Below are positions 25,700 to 41,106 of a stretch of DNA of 64,000 bases, in pieces. The stretch is taken from assembly GCA_040285855.1 (NCBI GenBank), contig JAUFOQ010000016.1, positions 2,418,001 to 2,482,000 on the forward strand, written 5' to 3'. This DNA comes from Eukaryota sp. GEM-RC1. Lineage: Eukaryota. Position 1 is the first letter of the stretch. Every line of letters begins with the position of its first letter. The position numbers and the translations under genes were made by a program. The notes under the pieces are model-generated. The model saw nothing but the letters and a program-made list of their open reading frames with translations, was not told the origin of the DNA and did no database searches.

Positions 25700-26260
25700 T
25701 ATCAGGTAAATGATTACATTTGTCAACATTAACCTTCACACCAAACTTGTACAACTTCTCAACTAATCGAGAGAAATAGAAAGGCATATTCAGATACATT
25801 GTACGCTTCTTTTTCCTTACACAGTTCTTCGAAACCCTTGAGAAATTGACTGATCGATCCAAAAAGAGAAACATCAAAAGGTTGAAGTACAAATTTGTAA
25901 TATGAGTTTCTATTTAATTCTTCTACTTGAGTGTCATACTTGGAATGTTTGACCTTCTCAACAGCTGCTAACGGATTAACAAAAGAATCTAATATCCTAC
26001 TAACACGAGATTTGTTAGAACCATCTACTGTGGTCAAATGCATTAATGATCGACTCGATTTAAGTCACGGAGTATGGAGATCCCCTCTTTTTGATCTGAA
26101 AATTTCTTTGCGGGAACGTGATTCAAAACTGGTTCAACTTTGGAGTGCAAGCCACGTGCTTTAAACATGGAAGAACAAGAATCACGCACCCAATCATGAA
26201 TAACTGAACGTAGATGGTAAAAATAAGGACAATTAATTAAATGACGAAAAACACCATTAG
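25700..26260 (-). mobile_element. Decayed RLE-type non-LTR retroelement fragment
   Basis: FRHLINCP, SVIHDWVRD, RSGDL, LTTVD, PLAAVEKVK and VSLFGSIS. Confidence 0.6.
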
Positions 26261-27058
26261 CAAGTAGGAACGATATACAAAAGTTGTATGTTTTTCAACC
26301 ATTAATATTCAATTCTGTTATCGACTGCATTTACTAGTAGTTGCTTCTGTGATTTCCGTGACCGTACTGATATATGAGACACCCTCCTTTCTATTGATAA
26401 CGAAAAACAGATGCCATTAACAATGCATGCATTGGGGTCTATCTTGATATTGATGACAATTGTGACAATCACCACTTCATATCTTAAGTTACTAAGATTG
26501 TGAGATCTTGAGATACTTTTGATGGTTTCACAACGTAACTCTTGATTTCCTGTGGAATGAAACTACGTTATACAACTGTTTCTGAATTGATGAATACCAT
26601 TGAACCAAAGTAGTGTTTTTTTGTAATCGAGTTCTAAGATATTCACAATTGTTGTTTAGTGTCATTTTATTTTACCCGCAATCCATATGCCAGTAACGTT
26701 GATACTTAAGCACGGTGATTGGATTTTAAGGCATTTACTTAAAACAAATATGACTATCGATAGATGGAGTACAATATAATTTGTTATCTGACTATCACCT
26801 TATGGGTGAGCTTTTTGATCTGATCCAGATCGAGAATCACAATTCATCACATTGTATTTTTATACAGTACTGACTTATATTAGTACATACCAAACAGTAT
26901 TTGTCAGTACTGTATCAAAATACATCTAGAATGTATAAATCATCTGCATTGTACATTTATTCTCACTTCTAGACAATGCCAATAAAGAGAGAGTGATTTC
27001 TCAAAGACTCAAGTAACGACACAATACAAGATGTTGCAACGAGATTCTTTTGTTGAGT

Positions 27059-28725
27059 TCAAATGCAAATGGCCAGAAAACTGTCTATTATATTGTGCAA
27101 GCTATAAATGCTACGTCGTAGAATCAAAAGATTCTCATCCGTTTCCAAAATTAAGCCTTTCAGTATTTCAGCAAAATCGGCAACTTTTGAATCAGGCAAT
27201 ATATTTTGATGAGTCAATGTCACTTGTGTTGGATTGTCTGGGGTTTCCTCATGATACGCCTGTACTTTTACAATACCATCCTCAACTAGTATTTCCATGT
27301 GCAGGTAGACACTCTTTCTATTGGGTATGGGGAAGCATAGAGCACCTAAATAGTGGTTGTTGCGAATATCATCGTCGTTACCTTCATAAAAGGGGAAAAT
27401 AGCTTCAGCTTGGTGTGGAATACTAGTCTTAAATCGATAATCGAACCTATTAGAATGTACCGGTAGATTTCGTGGTAACAGTACATCCATGCTGAAATCA
27501 CTCAAACCAATACCAATGTCTAACGACAATGCCTCGGCAACCTGTGTAAGATGATAGCATGCAGCACCCTTGGCAACGTTCAAATCTCCATCAGAGTCGA
27601 AATGAGCATGGGGGATAATGAATGATTCATCTTCAGTTCTGTTGAACACACGACGAATGCGATCAACTACTGCTGGAATCTTACTACTGCCCCCGATAAG
27701 CAAACATTTGGATATTTCCAATCCAGCTTTGGTAACGTCATTAATGATGACATCAAGTTTTTGAAAGTGATGTTCACAACCTTTCTCAAACCTGCTTCTA
27801 GTGTAAGGGATTTTCTGTGATATTGTGCGGTAATCAACAGAAATGTCTGCTGAATCCACGTTTGAAAGTCTAATCTTGTGGTCCTCACAAAGAGTGTAAA
27901 GGTGTGATCTTAATCCTGGATGATTGAGCCAGTCATCACCATGTTCTTTTGCTATTTTCTTCAAACAGTATCTCACAATGACCTCTGTTAGGTCCTGTCC
28001 TCCTAAATATTGGTCACCATCACTTCGTAATACGGTAATTCCATTTCCATATACGTTTACCACACTCACATCTAGTGTACCTCCTCCAAAATCAATTACT
28101 AGAAAAAGATCAGACATGTTCTTCAATTTGTCCAACTGTTGGGTTGAGTGTAGGAAATTGAGCACAGCAGCCTGTGGTTCTGCGATCATTGCAACAACAT
28201 GAATTCCTGCAATTCTAGCCGCATTACGTGTAGCCATCTTTTGGGCAGTGTTGAAATGACAGGGCACAGTAATTACGGCTTTGGAAACGTTAGAGCTTAA
28301 GCGTTTTCGAGCATCAGAGAGAAGTCTATGAAAAACACAGGAAGCAATGAGTTCTGGCATAAATGATTCTCCAGAAGGGGCTAAGAACTGGATGGCATCA
28401 TTATAGAAAGGCCCCATGGAATGTCCCCGCATCTTGAAACCATATAACTGAAGATAGTTTTGCACCATAGGGTCGTGAAACGATCGTCCTAAGAATCTTT
28501 TGTGTCGTAGAATGTGGATTCAGGGTGACGATGAAGACGTTCTTTGGCCAGTCTTCCCACAAGAACTTTTGGGTTTCCATCAGGGTCGTATCGAATTACT
28601 GAAGGAGTAGCACACTGGTCGCTAAATTCTGAAGATATTGGTTCCAGTGTATTTAGATGTGGTCGATACACTGCAACAGAGGAGAAGGTAGTACCAAAGT
28701 CAATACCAAGAACGTAATCTTCCAT
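27059..28725 (-). CDS. Divergent Hsp70-family protein; one frame break at ~28500
   Basis: GIDFGTTFS, TPSVI, AVITVPCHF, AEPQAA, IDFGGGTLDVS, LGGQDL and LIGGSSKIP. Adding one A restores DTKRFLGRSFHDP. Confidence 0.88.
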
Positions 28726-29153
28726 AGAGATAGATTTTTGAAACAAAAAATTGAGTCAATTTTTAACATCATTTACAGCTGAAGTCTACAGTTGGTTTGT
28801 AACAGACATCATTTCAATAATTTATTTATATTGCTTCAGTAAATAGAAGGAATAACATGGAAAATTCCAAAATTCAATTCTAATCCGGAACTCGGTATAA
28901 CGTTACCTTTTCCATCTCCAACATTATGTACAACACTTTTTCCGGTGACACACGGGTGTACATACACATATATTACTATTGCTATGAGCCAGACCTTATA
29001 CAGATACAATTTTTCCACACAGCAACAGAATTCCAAAACCAGATTGTGTTGAATGAATCGTTCAATAATAACAATAAACCTAACACACACAATTGAACAA
29101 TACATTAAAACCAACATCCACTCACAAAATGGTGAATGAATCAAAGTTGAACA

Positions 29154-29921
29154 CTAAAATGGCATTCTTGAAACCCAAACCAGTTCATCTGCAGATACAT
29201 AGGGACACTCGCCTCGGACTGGTAAACACTCCACTGGAACACCAACATTGTCCTTAATATTATCTTCATCTTCTTGCAAGCTCAACATCTTCCACTCAGA
29301 ACTCTCATCTGCCTTTAACGAGTGAGCCACCACGGTACCATCAGCATGACTCTGCTTGATACATGAACCTTTCATTCTCTGTTTTAACGAACTTCTAGAG
29401 TAACAAGCTTTAGGACGAAGAGTAGAACTGATTGACTCCGATATTGCCAATACCTCTTCACTGGAGAGGAAGATGAACAAGGGATTAACGGATGTAGTTA
29501 GAGTAGGGTCTTTTGGAATTCTAAAAGGAGGATAACGTACCCGAGGTCTAAAGTGATCACGTGTGGATAAGAATCGTAAGAAAGGAACAAGGCGTAAACC
29601 AGATGACAAGGACAATATATTGGGTAGGTCCATGTGAGAATTCCTGCTGAGGCCTGGGGTGGCAGCGTTTGACAACATAGCCATCAGTGGAAAAGTTAGT
29701 CCAGATAAGAAAAGGTTAGAAAACTGCCATAGAAGGTGGCTTTTCTTTGAGGATACCAAGCGATCCTCGAATGGACGATGGTCTATGGGTAATCGGGAAG
29801 ACTGTGCGGCCCCTTGAGGCCATGGAACAACAGGAGAAGAGTAGTTATGCCATGAATCAGCTACAGTGTAAGCTCCTGTGGAAGAAGGTAAGGCTCTTCG
29901 TTTGAACAGAAAACGAAGCAT
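29154..29921 (-). CDS. Hypothetical protein, 255 aa
   Basis: ATG-initiated open frame with coding-like composition, divergent from DBP2; no family recognised. Confidence 0.55.
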   Translation of the reverse strand: MLRFLFKRRALPSSTGAYTVADSWHNYSSPVVPWPQGAAQSSRLPIDHRPFEDRLVSSKKSHLLWQFSNLFLSGLTFPLMAMLSNAATPGLSRNSHMDLPNILSLSSGLRLVPFLRFLSTRDHFRPRVRYPPFRIPKDPTLTTSVNPLFIFLSSEEVLAISESISSTLRPKACYSRSSLKQRMKGSCIKQSHADGTVVAHSLKADESSEWKMLSLQEDEDNIKDNVGVPVECLPVRGECPYVSADELVWVSRMPF

Positions 29922-29982
29922 GTGTCAATGGTCCTAACCCAATGCAAGGATAGAAACCTACAGTTGTAAGTCTATAAGATGA

Positions 29983-31869
<1,887 letters not shown>

Positions 31870-32734
31870 CTTTTGACTTTTTGAATGGAAAAATATATCA
31901 TTTATACGAGTTTAAGCGACAGAATTTAAAATTTCATTTTATTTATATTACATGTAATCAAATCTCCCTGAGGATAATTATGCCGCATTTATTCATCGTC
32001 AATTTTAGAATTCACTCAGTTGTATGTACAATAGTGAAATGCTTTCATCTAAGTAACTATGAAATAAATAACCCCTAAGAGTGGAAATGTTGACTACACA
32101 GTCCATTAATACAAGTACATGTAACATCATCCATCTACAACATTGCTGTTACTACTGTTAACTGACTCTCAAAATTGAAGTGGACTTCCAAACATTGCCA
32201 AGAATTGACTGCAAAAATTGATTGGTTACTTAATTGGCCATTAATAGCGTCTATTGTGACATTACTATACTCATTTATATTGAAAACAGAATACTAGTAC
32301 AATTATAATGTATAAAAAATTCTACAAAATCTCAAGACTGACAGATTAGCATCCAATACAATCGTAAACATATTTGCAACTTGAACAAATTTGACATTAG
32401 ACGTTTATTCCTAAAATTTGATTGACTGAAAACAGATATCTTGACTGACCAAGCAGGACATTAAATGTAAATGATAGCAAAAAGTGTTTTATTTTCAACT
32501 ACAAATTATAGCCTAATATTTTTCGTCCAAAGTTTTAAAGTATATTTATGATAGATGAATACCATTAATTGAATGAAGCACCACAAATATAAATGAATGT
32601 CAGTAACCGAAGGTTTGATCCTTCTTTAAATACAGATAAAGGTGAAGTCTTCACGAAAGAAACAAAATGTTGTTGATTACAAACAACCAGAGCAAAGGAG
32701 CTGAAAAATGTCACAATTATTTATTATTACACTT

Positions 32735-34896
32735 CTACTCCTGAGAAATAGAGCAAATAATCTCCATATTGTCGGAATAATTATCCAAAAACAACTGGGC
32801 GGAATTCTTGTTACATTCTTTCTTGGTCTTGCCAGTTGATCCATCAAAAACATGCTGCTTACCATTAGCAAAAGTGAATATGACATTCCCATGAAATCGT
32901 TCTGATGACGTCATATGAGAAGCAGACATGGAGTCGATACACTCATACGAAACAGTTCTAATCCACGGAACAGCATCAACAGTTTCCTTAATAACAGAGA
33001 CAGGATTCTTATTACCAACCAAGACCCCGGGAAATTGCATCTTAGGCATAAAACGTCTATAAGGTGCTGCAACGGACTCTCGAGATCCCGTTTGGGCATC
33101 AGACCAGGAATCCCTCCCATTCCACAGTGAGAGGTGGAAGGAGAGGGATTCCTGGTCTGAAGCTCTAAATTACGGAGACCGCTGAGAACTTCACGTTGTT
33201 GTGGGAGTGGGATGATGTCATCATCAGAAGACTCAGAAGTAGGTAAATCTCCCACTGTACTAGCCACAACATACTGCTCAACACCATAGTGAAGAGCACT
33301 GGCACGTATCTGAGCTCTGGCCACGTATTCCTCCTGCCTATTTGCCAAGATAAGGGCAACATATCGCCCAGAGGCTGCCCTTACCCGACCACAGGCTTGA
33401 ATAAAGGAAGTTCCGTGGGGTTTAACGAAGGTATTAATGACTAGAGAAACAGAGGGGACGTCTATACCCTCTTCTAGAATTGAAGTACCAACTAAAACGT
33501 GTAGATCTCCTCTACGAAGCTTTTCAAGCTTAGCACTAATCATTTGCTCAGCAAAAGAGCTCAGACTACCACCCATCACGTAATCAATATTTAGACCCTC
33601 AAGATCAGAATGATGTGATAGAGCGATTGAGAGTGCCTGGGCTCCGAATCTACTTCCCACGAGAACAATGCAAGAGACAGAATCTGTTGATTCCTTCTGT
33701 TCCTTTAACAACTCTATAATGGTGGAAGAACATAACAAATCCCAGCCAGGAGTTCCTTGATTTTCAGTTTCAGAGGATAAGCTACAGGTTGCGGCAAGGA
33801 CAGGAGCCAGGATTGACTTCATGTCAAGCATCTTTCTACGATCTTGATCATCTTTGCTTCCAGTTTCTATAATAAAGTCCATGCTTTTATTTTGAGCAAT
33901 GATTTCATAGAACGTTGGCTTGATTTCGTTACAAAAGAACGATAATCGTCTCTTTTCTTAATATCAGAAGGATTAAGAAATGACTCACAGGCCAGAGCTT
34001 TCATTTCTTCCAACTTACTACAAAGTTGGATCAGAGGTCTGGTGACGTCATGCGACACGACATTACACCTAGCAACAAGCTCATCCAGGGAGAGGTTAGA
34101 AGTGTGGGAGATCGACTTATCAATATATCCAACATTAGAGTTGATGAGGGATTGAAGTGTAGTTAGAGAGAGATCAATCAGGGAAAAGAGAGAACTACTG
34201 GGAAGCAGTTGAGGATTAACAGCCACCATCTCTGCCTCAGGGGGGATTGGAAAGGCTTTCGTAAGTTTCAGCGTGTAGTACAGGGACGACCAGTTCAGCC
34301 TGGATATTGTTCAGGAACTCGAGGATAGAAGATATTGGATCCCCCTTAACTTCCACTACTGAGGCAGTCAGACCAAGGAGATTTAGTTCGTGGTATTCAT
34401 TGGACTTTAGCCAATGATCGAAGATCAATTGAGCATGGGGAGACTTAGAATCGGCATGTGCGTGATGAATTTCATCCACTACCAGAAGAGAGAAGTGGCG
34501 TGCAAATTCTGGGAAGGGAATGAACTTCAGAACATTGTTGACTAGCCATCCGGGTGTCACAAATACAGCATCATAAGACGAGAATTCTGAGAGAGAATTG
34601 GGCTTTGTAGAGCTACCATAGAACCGCGCAACATTGGAAAGCTTCGTCTGTTTAACAAATGAAAGCCGATGTTGATCGAGTAGTGCGCGCTTAGGCGCAA
34701 CAAAGAGTGAGGGAAGATCTGTGAGATGTTTGGACAGGATCATTCGCATAAACGCGCATAGAGTCTTACCAGAGTTCGTCCTCATATTGATCACAGAAAC
34801 CGACCAATTGAGACTCTCTTCGAAGACTTCTTCTTGGTAAGGTCTTGGTGTGATATCATCAAGATATGAAAGGACGATGTTGCGAATTTCCTCCAT
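32735..34896 (-). CDS. Dicer/RIG-I-like DExH helicase with C-terminal dsRBD-like domain; three frame breaks
   Basis: PRPYQEE, MRTNSGKT, TPG, VVDEIHH, GLTAS, GTSILEEGIDVPSVSLVI and FIQACGRVR. C-terminal NPVSVIKE...GSTGKTKKECNKNSAQ resembles a dsRBD. Confidence 0.78.
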
Positions 34897-35909
34897 TGGT
34901 TATTAAAGTGGGTGACGAAGTATCAAGAATTTGCAGACATTTAGTTTTAAATTCAATCAAACTCCAAATTTTGGATGATTGTTCGATAGTGGACTGTAAT
35001 GTACGTAGTTATCCAATTGATTTATACTAAGACATATCTGATACAATTTCGACTCCTTAGTTAAATCAAATCTCGTAAAAACGGACGCTAAAAACAATGT
35101 TAAACTGTTTAGATCTCAGATCGTAATGATCGCAAACCATCAGATGAATTAGGTCGACGAAAAATCGTTCTAGCAGTCCCTGGTCTACATTCAAGTTACA
35201 CAAAGGAACTTGAAGTAACAGCAAACATTTGAACCCACTGTTATGTGGTTGGCCGGGAAGAACAAGGAACAGTGATCAAATGAGGAGCCAATCTGCGATC
35301 TCTTATGCATTTATCGAATATCGGATGATGAATTTGATTTATCGAGTAACTGGCTGAAAGGAGAAGACGAAGACATCATGCATTTGTACAGTCCGACAAA
35401 TGAAATGGCAAATTATGGTCAGCCAAATCAAGCTCAGAGATCTTGAGCAACACGAGATGTTGGAACAAACACATTCAGTAACATCAGAGCGAGCGTGTAT
35501 GAGGACAACACGTATAACTCGTATAGTACAATTATCACAAGTGAGATTTCATACATCAGTCCTTAACAGACTATGATCAATGGCACCCATAAGTATCTCA
35601 AAAGCGCAGCAAAAGCAAAAGGCGAACAAATCCAATTAAATATCTTGACCTTCGCCAGACATAAAAATTGATTCCCTTAATCGACAACTCTCGGTCCAAT
35701 TCTGCTTAAGTTTCACTACAATCTAGGTGGACCATTGACATCTGTATTTGAAAAAATCAGACTGTTTCCTAGTTCTATTTATTGTTCTAGTTCTCTAGTT
35801 CGTGAAACAGCAATTGACCAAAAATACCATTCATACATCAACAGATCTCTCTTTTCTGCTCTTTGACTTCCACTCTTCTTTAATCCGATCTATATCTCGG
35901 TTGTTGTTG

Positions 35910-37223
35910 ATGATTATTAATACAAATGATGTCCCACTCCTCAGTATCAACTCTGATATGTACTCTTTTCACACATGTGAAACCAAGGAACAATCGTCTT
36001 CGCCGCGGACCATTTTTAATATCATTAAAGGTTTTCTTGCGTCTGGGGCGTTGACCCTTCCTTTGGCTTTTAAAGAAGCTGGTTATGTTAGTGCTCTGGT
36101 TCTTTTCCTGGAGCTTTTGTATGTTGTTTTTGGCTCTCACTTTAGTTAATATGTCTTTATTGTATGATGTTACTTCTAGAATGTAGGATGAAGCGCCCTC
36201 TCTGCCCAACTTATTGTGATCTCGTACGTAATGCTTTTGGGGAAACTGGCTTTGCGATCGCTAATATAGCTCTGGTTTCTTTTCAGGTTTCTTGCACTAT
36301 TGCCTATGTTGTTTTGGCTTCTCACAATTTATCTTTGGTTTATGCCAAATTGTCACAACAGGAATGGTGTTACATTCTGATCATTCCAGTAGGACTCCTC
36401 TGCTTGCTCAAGTCGCCTAAAGGTCTCGCACCTTTCTCTCTCCTGGCGAACCTTAGTTTACTATGCGTTATTGTCTTTGTTAGCTGGTTCTCCGGTTCTG
36501 AATTACTCAAGAAAGGCATTTCTTCCGAAGTTGTTGCTTTTAATCGTGACACATTTCTTAGTTCGATAGGCATCTTCATCTTTAGCTTTGAGGGTTTGTT
36601 TTCTGGTAATATCTTACATTAGGCGTTACTCTTGTTCTCCCGTTGTTCAATACCATGAAATCACAGCACCAATTTAAACCGATATTTGCGACAACTCTGT
36701 CCATTCTTTGCACTATTTATGTCTTCTATGCTGTGGGAGCTTATTTTGCATTTGGAAATACCATTGATGGAATCATTACTAAGTTAATTCCTCTCACATA
36801 TGGTATATTCTCTGATGCTTTTGTAGCAGTAGCTTTAGTTATATCATATCCATTGATGATGTTGCCTGTTTTTGAACTCATTGAAAAAAGAAAGTTTCTC
36901 TTAATGATGCTCTGATGGGTTCTCCTTCTTTTGGTAGTAGCTTTGTTCGAATTTTAACAAGAATGTGTATTGTTGGAGGTACTTTTGTAGTTGCTCTTGT
37001 TGGTCTGGATTATGTTGGTGAGATTACCTCTCTTGCGGGTGCTACTTTTGGTTCATTGCTGTGCTTTATTCTGCCGCCAGCTATTCATCTTAAGCTGTTC
37101 AGGCATCGATGTAGTTGTTTTAGAAATATTATTCACTATATTCTGATCATTTTTGGAGTGGCGGTTACAATTTTTGTAACTACTGATAATATTGAACATA
37201 TTTTGGAACGAATTCTTCCATAG
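35910..37223 (+). CDS. Amino-acid transporter (Aa_trans/SLC36-38-like), copy A; introns 36119-36145 and 36594-36622
   Basis: FNIIKGFLASGALTLPLAFKEAG, FSFEG|VTLVLP, GAYFAFG and SLAGATFGSLLCFILPPAIH; multiple TM helices. Confidence 0.88.
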
Positions 37224-37463
37224 ATTTTTTTGCATTGTTCATACAGTTTCTGCGTGTTGTTTTTAAATTGACTTCTTTCCAATCAAAAACAGGATCACTG
37301 AGTTTTAGCAACATAACATTTGGGCAAATTATAAATGAGACCAAAGATTTACTACAGTCTAACCCTCGATTTAGTGCCACTATTGGCAGACCTTATGTCG
37401 AAGGAAGACTGTATCGAAAGTAGTAAAACAAATTGATTTTTATTTACACTGCGAGACGCATCT

Positions 37464-38778
37464 CTATGGAAGAATTCGTTCCAAAATGTGTTCGATATTA
37501 TCAGTAGTTACAAAAATAGTAATCGCCACTCCAAAGAAGATCAGGAAAAAGTGAAGAAAATTTCTAAAAGCACTACAACGACGCCTGAACAGCTTAAGAT
37601 GAATAGCTGGCGGCAGAATAAAGCACAGCAATGAACCAAAAGTGGCACCCGCAAGTGAGCAAATCTCCCCAACATAATCCAGAGCAACAAGAGCAGCTAC
37701 AAAAGTACCTCCAACAATACTCATTCGTGTTAAAATCATAACAAAGTTACTACCAAAAGAAGGAGATCCCATCAGAGCATCATTAAGAGAAACTTTCTTT
37801 TTTCGATGAGTTCAAAAACAGGAAACATCATCAACGGATAAGTAATAACCAGAGCTACTGCTACAAAAGCATCAGAGAATATACCATATGTGAGGGGAAT
37901 TAGCTTGGTAACGATCCCATCAATGGTATTTCCAATGCAAAATATGCTCCAAGAGCATAGAAGACATAAATAGTGCAAAGAATGGACAAAGTCGTTGCAA
38001 ATATCGGTTTAAATCGATGTTGACCTTGCATGGTATTGAACAACGGGAGAACAAGAGTAACGCCTAATGTCAGATAAAATCAGAGAACAAACCCTCAAAA
38101 CTGAAGATGAAGATGCCTATCGAACTGAGAAACGTGTCACTTTTAAAAGCAACAACTTCGGAAGAGATACCGTTGTTGAGTAATTCAGAACCGGAGAACC
38201 AGCTAACAAAGACAATAACGCAGAGTAAACTAAGGTTCGCCAGGAGAGAGAAAGGTGCGAGACCTTTAGGCGACTTGAGCAAGCAGAGGAGTCCTATCGG
38301 GGCCATCAGAATGTAACACCACTCCTGTTGTGACAATTTGGAATAAACCAAAGATAAATTGTGAGAAGCCAGAACAATATAGGCTATGGTACAACAAACC
38401 TGAAAAGAAACCAGAGCTATATTAGCGATCGCAAAGCCAGTTTCCCCAAAAGCGTTACGTACGAGATCACAGTAGGTTGGACAGAGAGGACGTTTTAGCC
38501 TACATTCTAGAAGTAACATCATACAATAGAGACAGATTACCTACAATGAGATGCAACCAGCAACATACAAATGCTGCAGGAAACAGAATCAGAGCACCTA
38601 TATAACCAGCTTCTTTAAAAGCAAGAGGCAACGTTAGAGCCCCAGAACCGAGAAAACTTTTGATAATGTTGAAAATGGTACGTGATGAAGAAGATTGTTC
38701 CTTGGATTCACATGTGTGAAAAGAATACATGTCAGAGTTGATACTGAGAAGTGGAACATCTGTTGCAGTAGTAAGCAT
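37464..38778 (-). CDS. Amino-acid transporter, copy B (inverted paralogue); introns 38541-38568 and 38064-38092
   Basis: Near-identical protein to copy A with the same intron positions. Confidence 0.88.
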
Positions 38779-38954
38779 TACGACAATTGTGGAGAGACTT
38801 GGAAATTGAAGTGTTGCTGTGGTCGATCAAAATACCGAAAACACGCCTTTTGATCTCTGTTTCGTATTGAAATAGGGAGTTTTCATTCAGTCAGTCAATA
38901 ATCACCAAGTTGTATTAGAACTGTGGTGTTGAACATGTATTTTTGGTGTCTAGT

Positions 38955-39036
38955 TAGGGTTGCACCCGACGTCACTGTCACTGTGACGTGACGCGACGAA
39001 TCCGTCAGGGCGGCGTCACGGAACAGTTCGTGACGT
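38955..39036. mobile_element. Isolated hAT-like terminal fragment
   Basis: TAGGGTTGCACC resembles the 7331 TIR and is followed by GTCAC/GTGAC subterminal repeats; no partner end found. Confidence 0.4.
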
Positions 39037-40084
39037 ATCTTGTGCTTAGAGCTCTTTTCATCTTTAGTTTGAATCTAACTCGTATTTGTCTTGGACCGTT
39101 TGTTCTTATGTATTAGAGAGTGTTATACAATGATATTTACAAACACAAAATTAAAACTTTGTTAAATTAACGAGGGGGTTCGACACATAATATCTTGATG
39201 TAAGCTGTAATTCAGTGCATTTCTTAAAAGGCGTAAATTGTGATGAAGAAACATCAAATCATCCACTCTTTCAGTAATCAAACAACTTCCTCAGAATTGA
39301 TTGTGAAAGTTAATGACATAAATAACGCCCCCAATTTCTATGGAAGTCGATCACACAACTTCCAGTTTAATTATTTGATTAGTGATTTTACACTACTGTC
39401 AATTTAATGTTTGGTAGAGATAGATATGAAGTGTCGTTGACACGAATACGTTTAGACAAAAATAGATTTGTTCCCCAAAAAACATGCCTAAGTGGCGACG
39501 TCACCGCAGTTGACGACTGTTCTATCGGACAACGCAGTACACAATTGTAGAAATCTTGTACTGTATGTGGAACCAATAAGATAGAAACCGTAGTGTAAAC
39601 ACAGCGTACATCAATTTTCAATATTTGCTGCGAAATTTGTTGGTTGCACGGGCAACAAAATCTGCAAATTAGTTTTCGTAATGGTCAAGTAACATAAAAT
39701 AGTTTTCGTAATTCTCAAGTTGCGGTTTATTATGAAACCATAAAATGTAAAAAGAAATTTCAAAATTAACTTACTCATAAATATATTTCGAGACAGCCCT
39801 ACATGTTAATCAATTATCATCTTGTCCAACTTCAATTTGGAGGGATAAAACAATTAGTAAACACCAAATTGTAGGTTCTCCCTTGGTATTCAATAGCGTT
39901 CCATCAAGAATACATTAAAATATAATTTACAGAAACGAACATTAAATATAGTGTATTGACATAACAACATCAAATTTACATTCAATATACAGAGAATCCG
40001 AACAAAAATTCAACAATACTTTTGTTGAAAAGTGAAGGACACTCCAAATGTATGAAAAAGACTACTGTCGTTGACTACCGCTTA

Positions 40085-40366
40085 CTATCGTTGAGTAAAC
40101 TCAGAAAAGGACCTCGAGTATATAGACTTCATTGGAGAAGTTTCCAATCGATCGATTCTGCTCTTGGGAGACCCAGTCCTCTCCAGCCAGTGTTTGAACT
40201 CTGACAGTTTATCAGGTTCTCCTTCAGCAACTCCTTTCACAGATTGACTGTTAGTATTGGAGCAGAAACCAGTCAAACCCAAACGTTTAGCTTGTTGGAC
40301 AGTATAACGACGGAAAAAGACACCTTGAACTCGTCCGAAAACTTCAAACGAAAATTGGTGGAGCAT
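40085..40366 (-). CDS. ACYP: Acylphosphatase
   Basis: FEVFGRVQGVFFR, GLTGFCSN, VKGVAEG and GSPKSRID. Confidence 0.93.
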   Translation of the reverse strand: MLHQFSFEVFGRVQGVFFRRYTVQQAKRLGLTGFCSNTNSQSVKGVAEGEPDKLSEFKHWLERTGSPKSRIDRLETSPMKSIYSRSFSEFTQR

Positions 40367-41106
40367 GTCCGTCAGGTCAAAAAGGATGTCTGTAACGTTT
40401 CCCTCTTTAGAAACAGAATCTTTTTATAGTTTCTTCCTTTTCGACATCATCCCTGAAACTGATGTAATTTGTACATCCTTCATTCTTGTCTACTTCAAAC
40501 ATATTCCTCCCACATTCGTTGTTCTACATCAATAGGTTTTCTTTGAAACAATTTTCAATTGGTCTTGATTTGTTTAATTACCAGCTACGGCATTCTTAGC
40601 CAACCTCAACTCACGTCACGTTGTTAGCGCTATTGTGACATGTTAATCAGTGGACTACTAATACCCTGACCGAACTCTACACTGTAATTTCTACCAGACG
40701 CCTTAACGGCGAATGGTGTTGATATAATGATTTTGAGTTGGAGCTTTTGAATAGTAGTATTTAGTAGTTTTCAGCATGAAGTTATATTGCATCTGGGTAA
40801 TCACTGGAATCTAATTTGTGATGATTTGGCTATAACTCGATTCAGTTCCGTAAATTTGTATTTATGTTCAAATAGCATTTAACAAGAGGCAATCAAAACA
40901 GAATTGTAGAATTGTTAATTTGAAAACTATTTTTGAGCACGGCATAATTTAAGAAACACGTTGTGAAAAACATTTATACTGTACGATAAAGAAGATCTCT
41001 CAGTATGGTTAGGGTCTATTTCACCATTCCAAAAGTGTATTTTTGAAAGGGACTTTTATTTCTTACATACTTAAAAAACCCCCCTAAGTTCTTATCTTCA
41101 TCACTC

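Noticed and set aside
35250..35700. Coding-like stretch (also 23900-24350 and 52340-52720)
   Set aside because: Multiple stops and no recognisable motif; cannot be assigned without a search.
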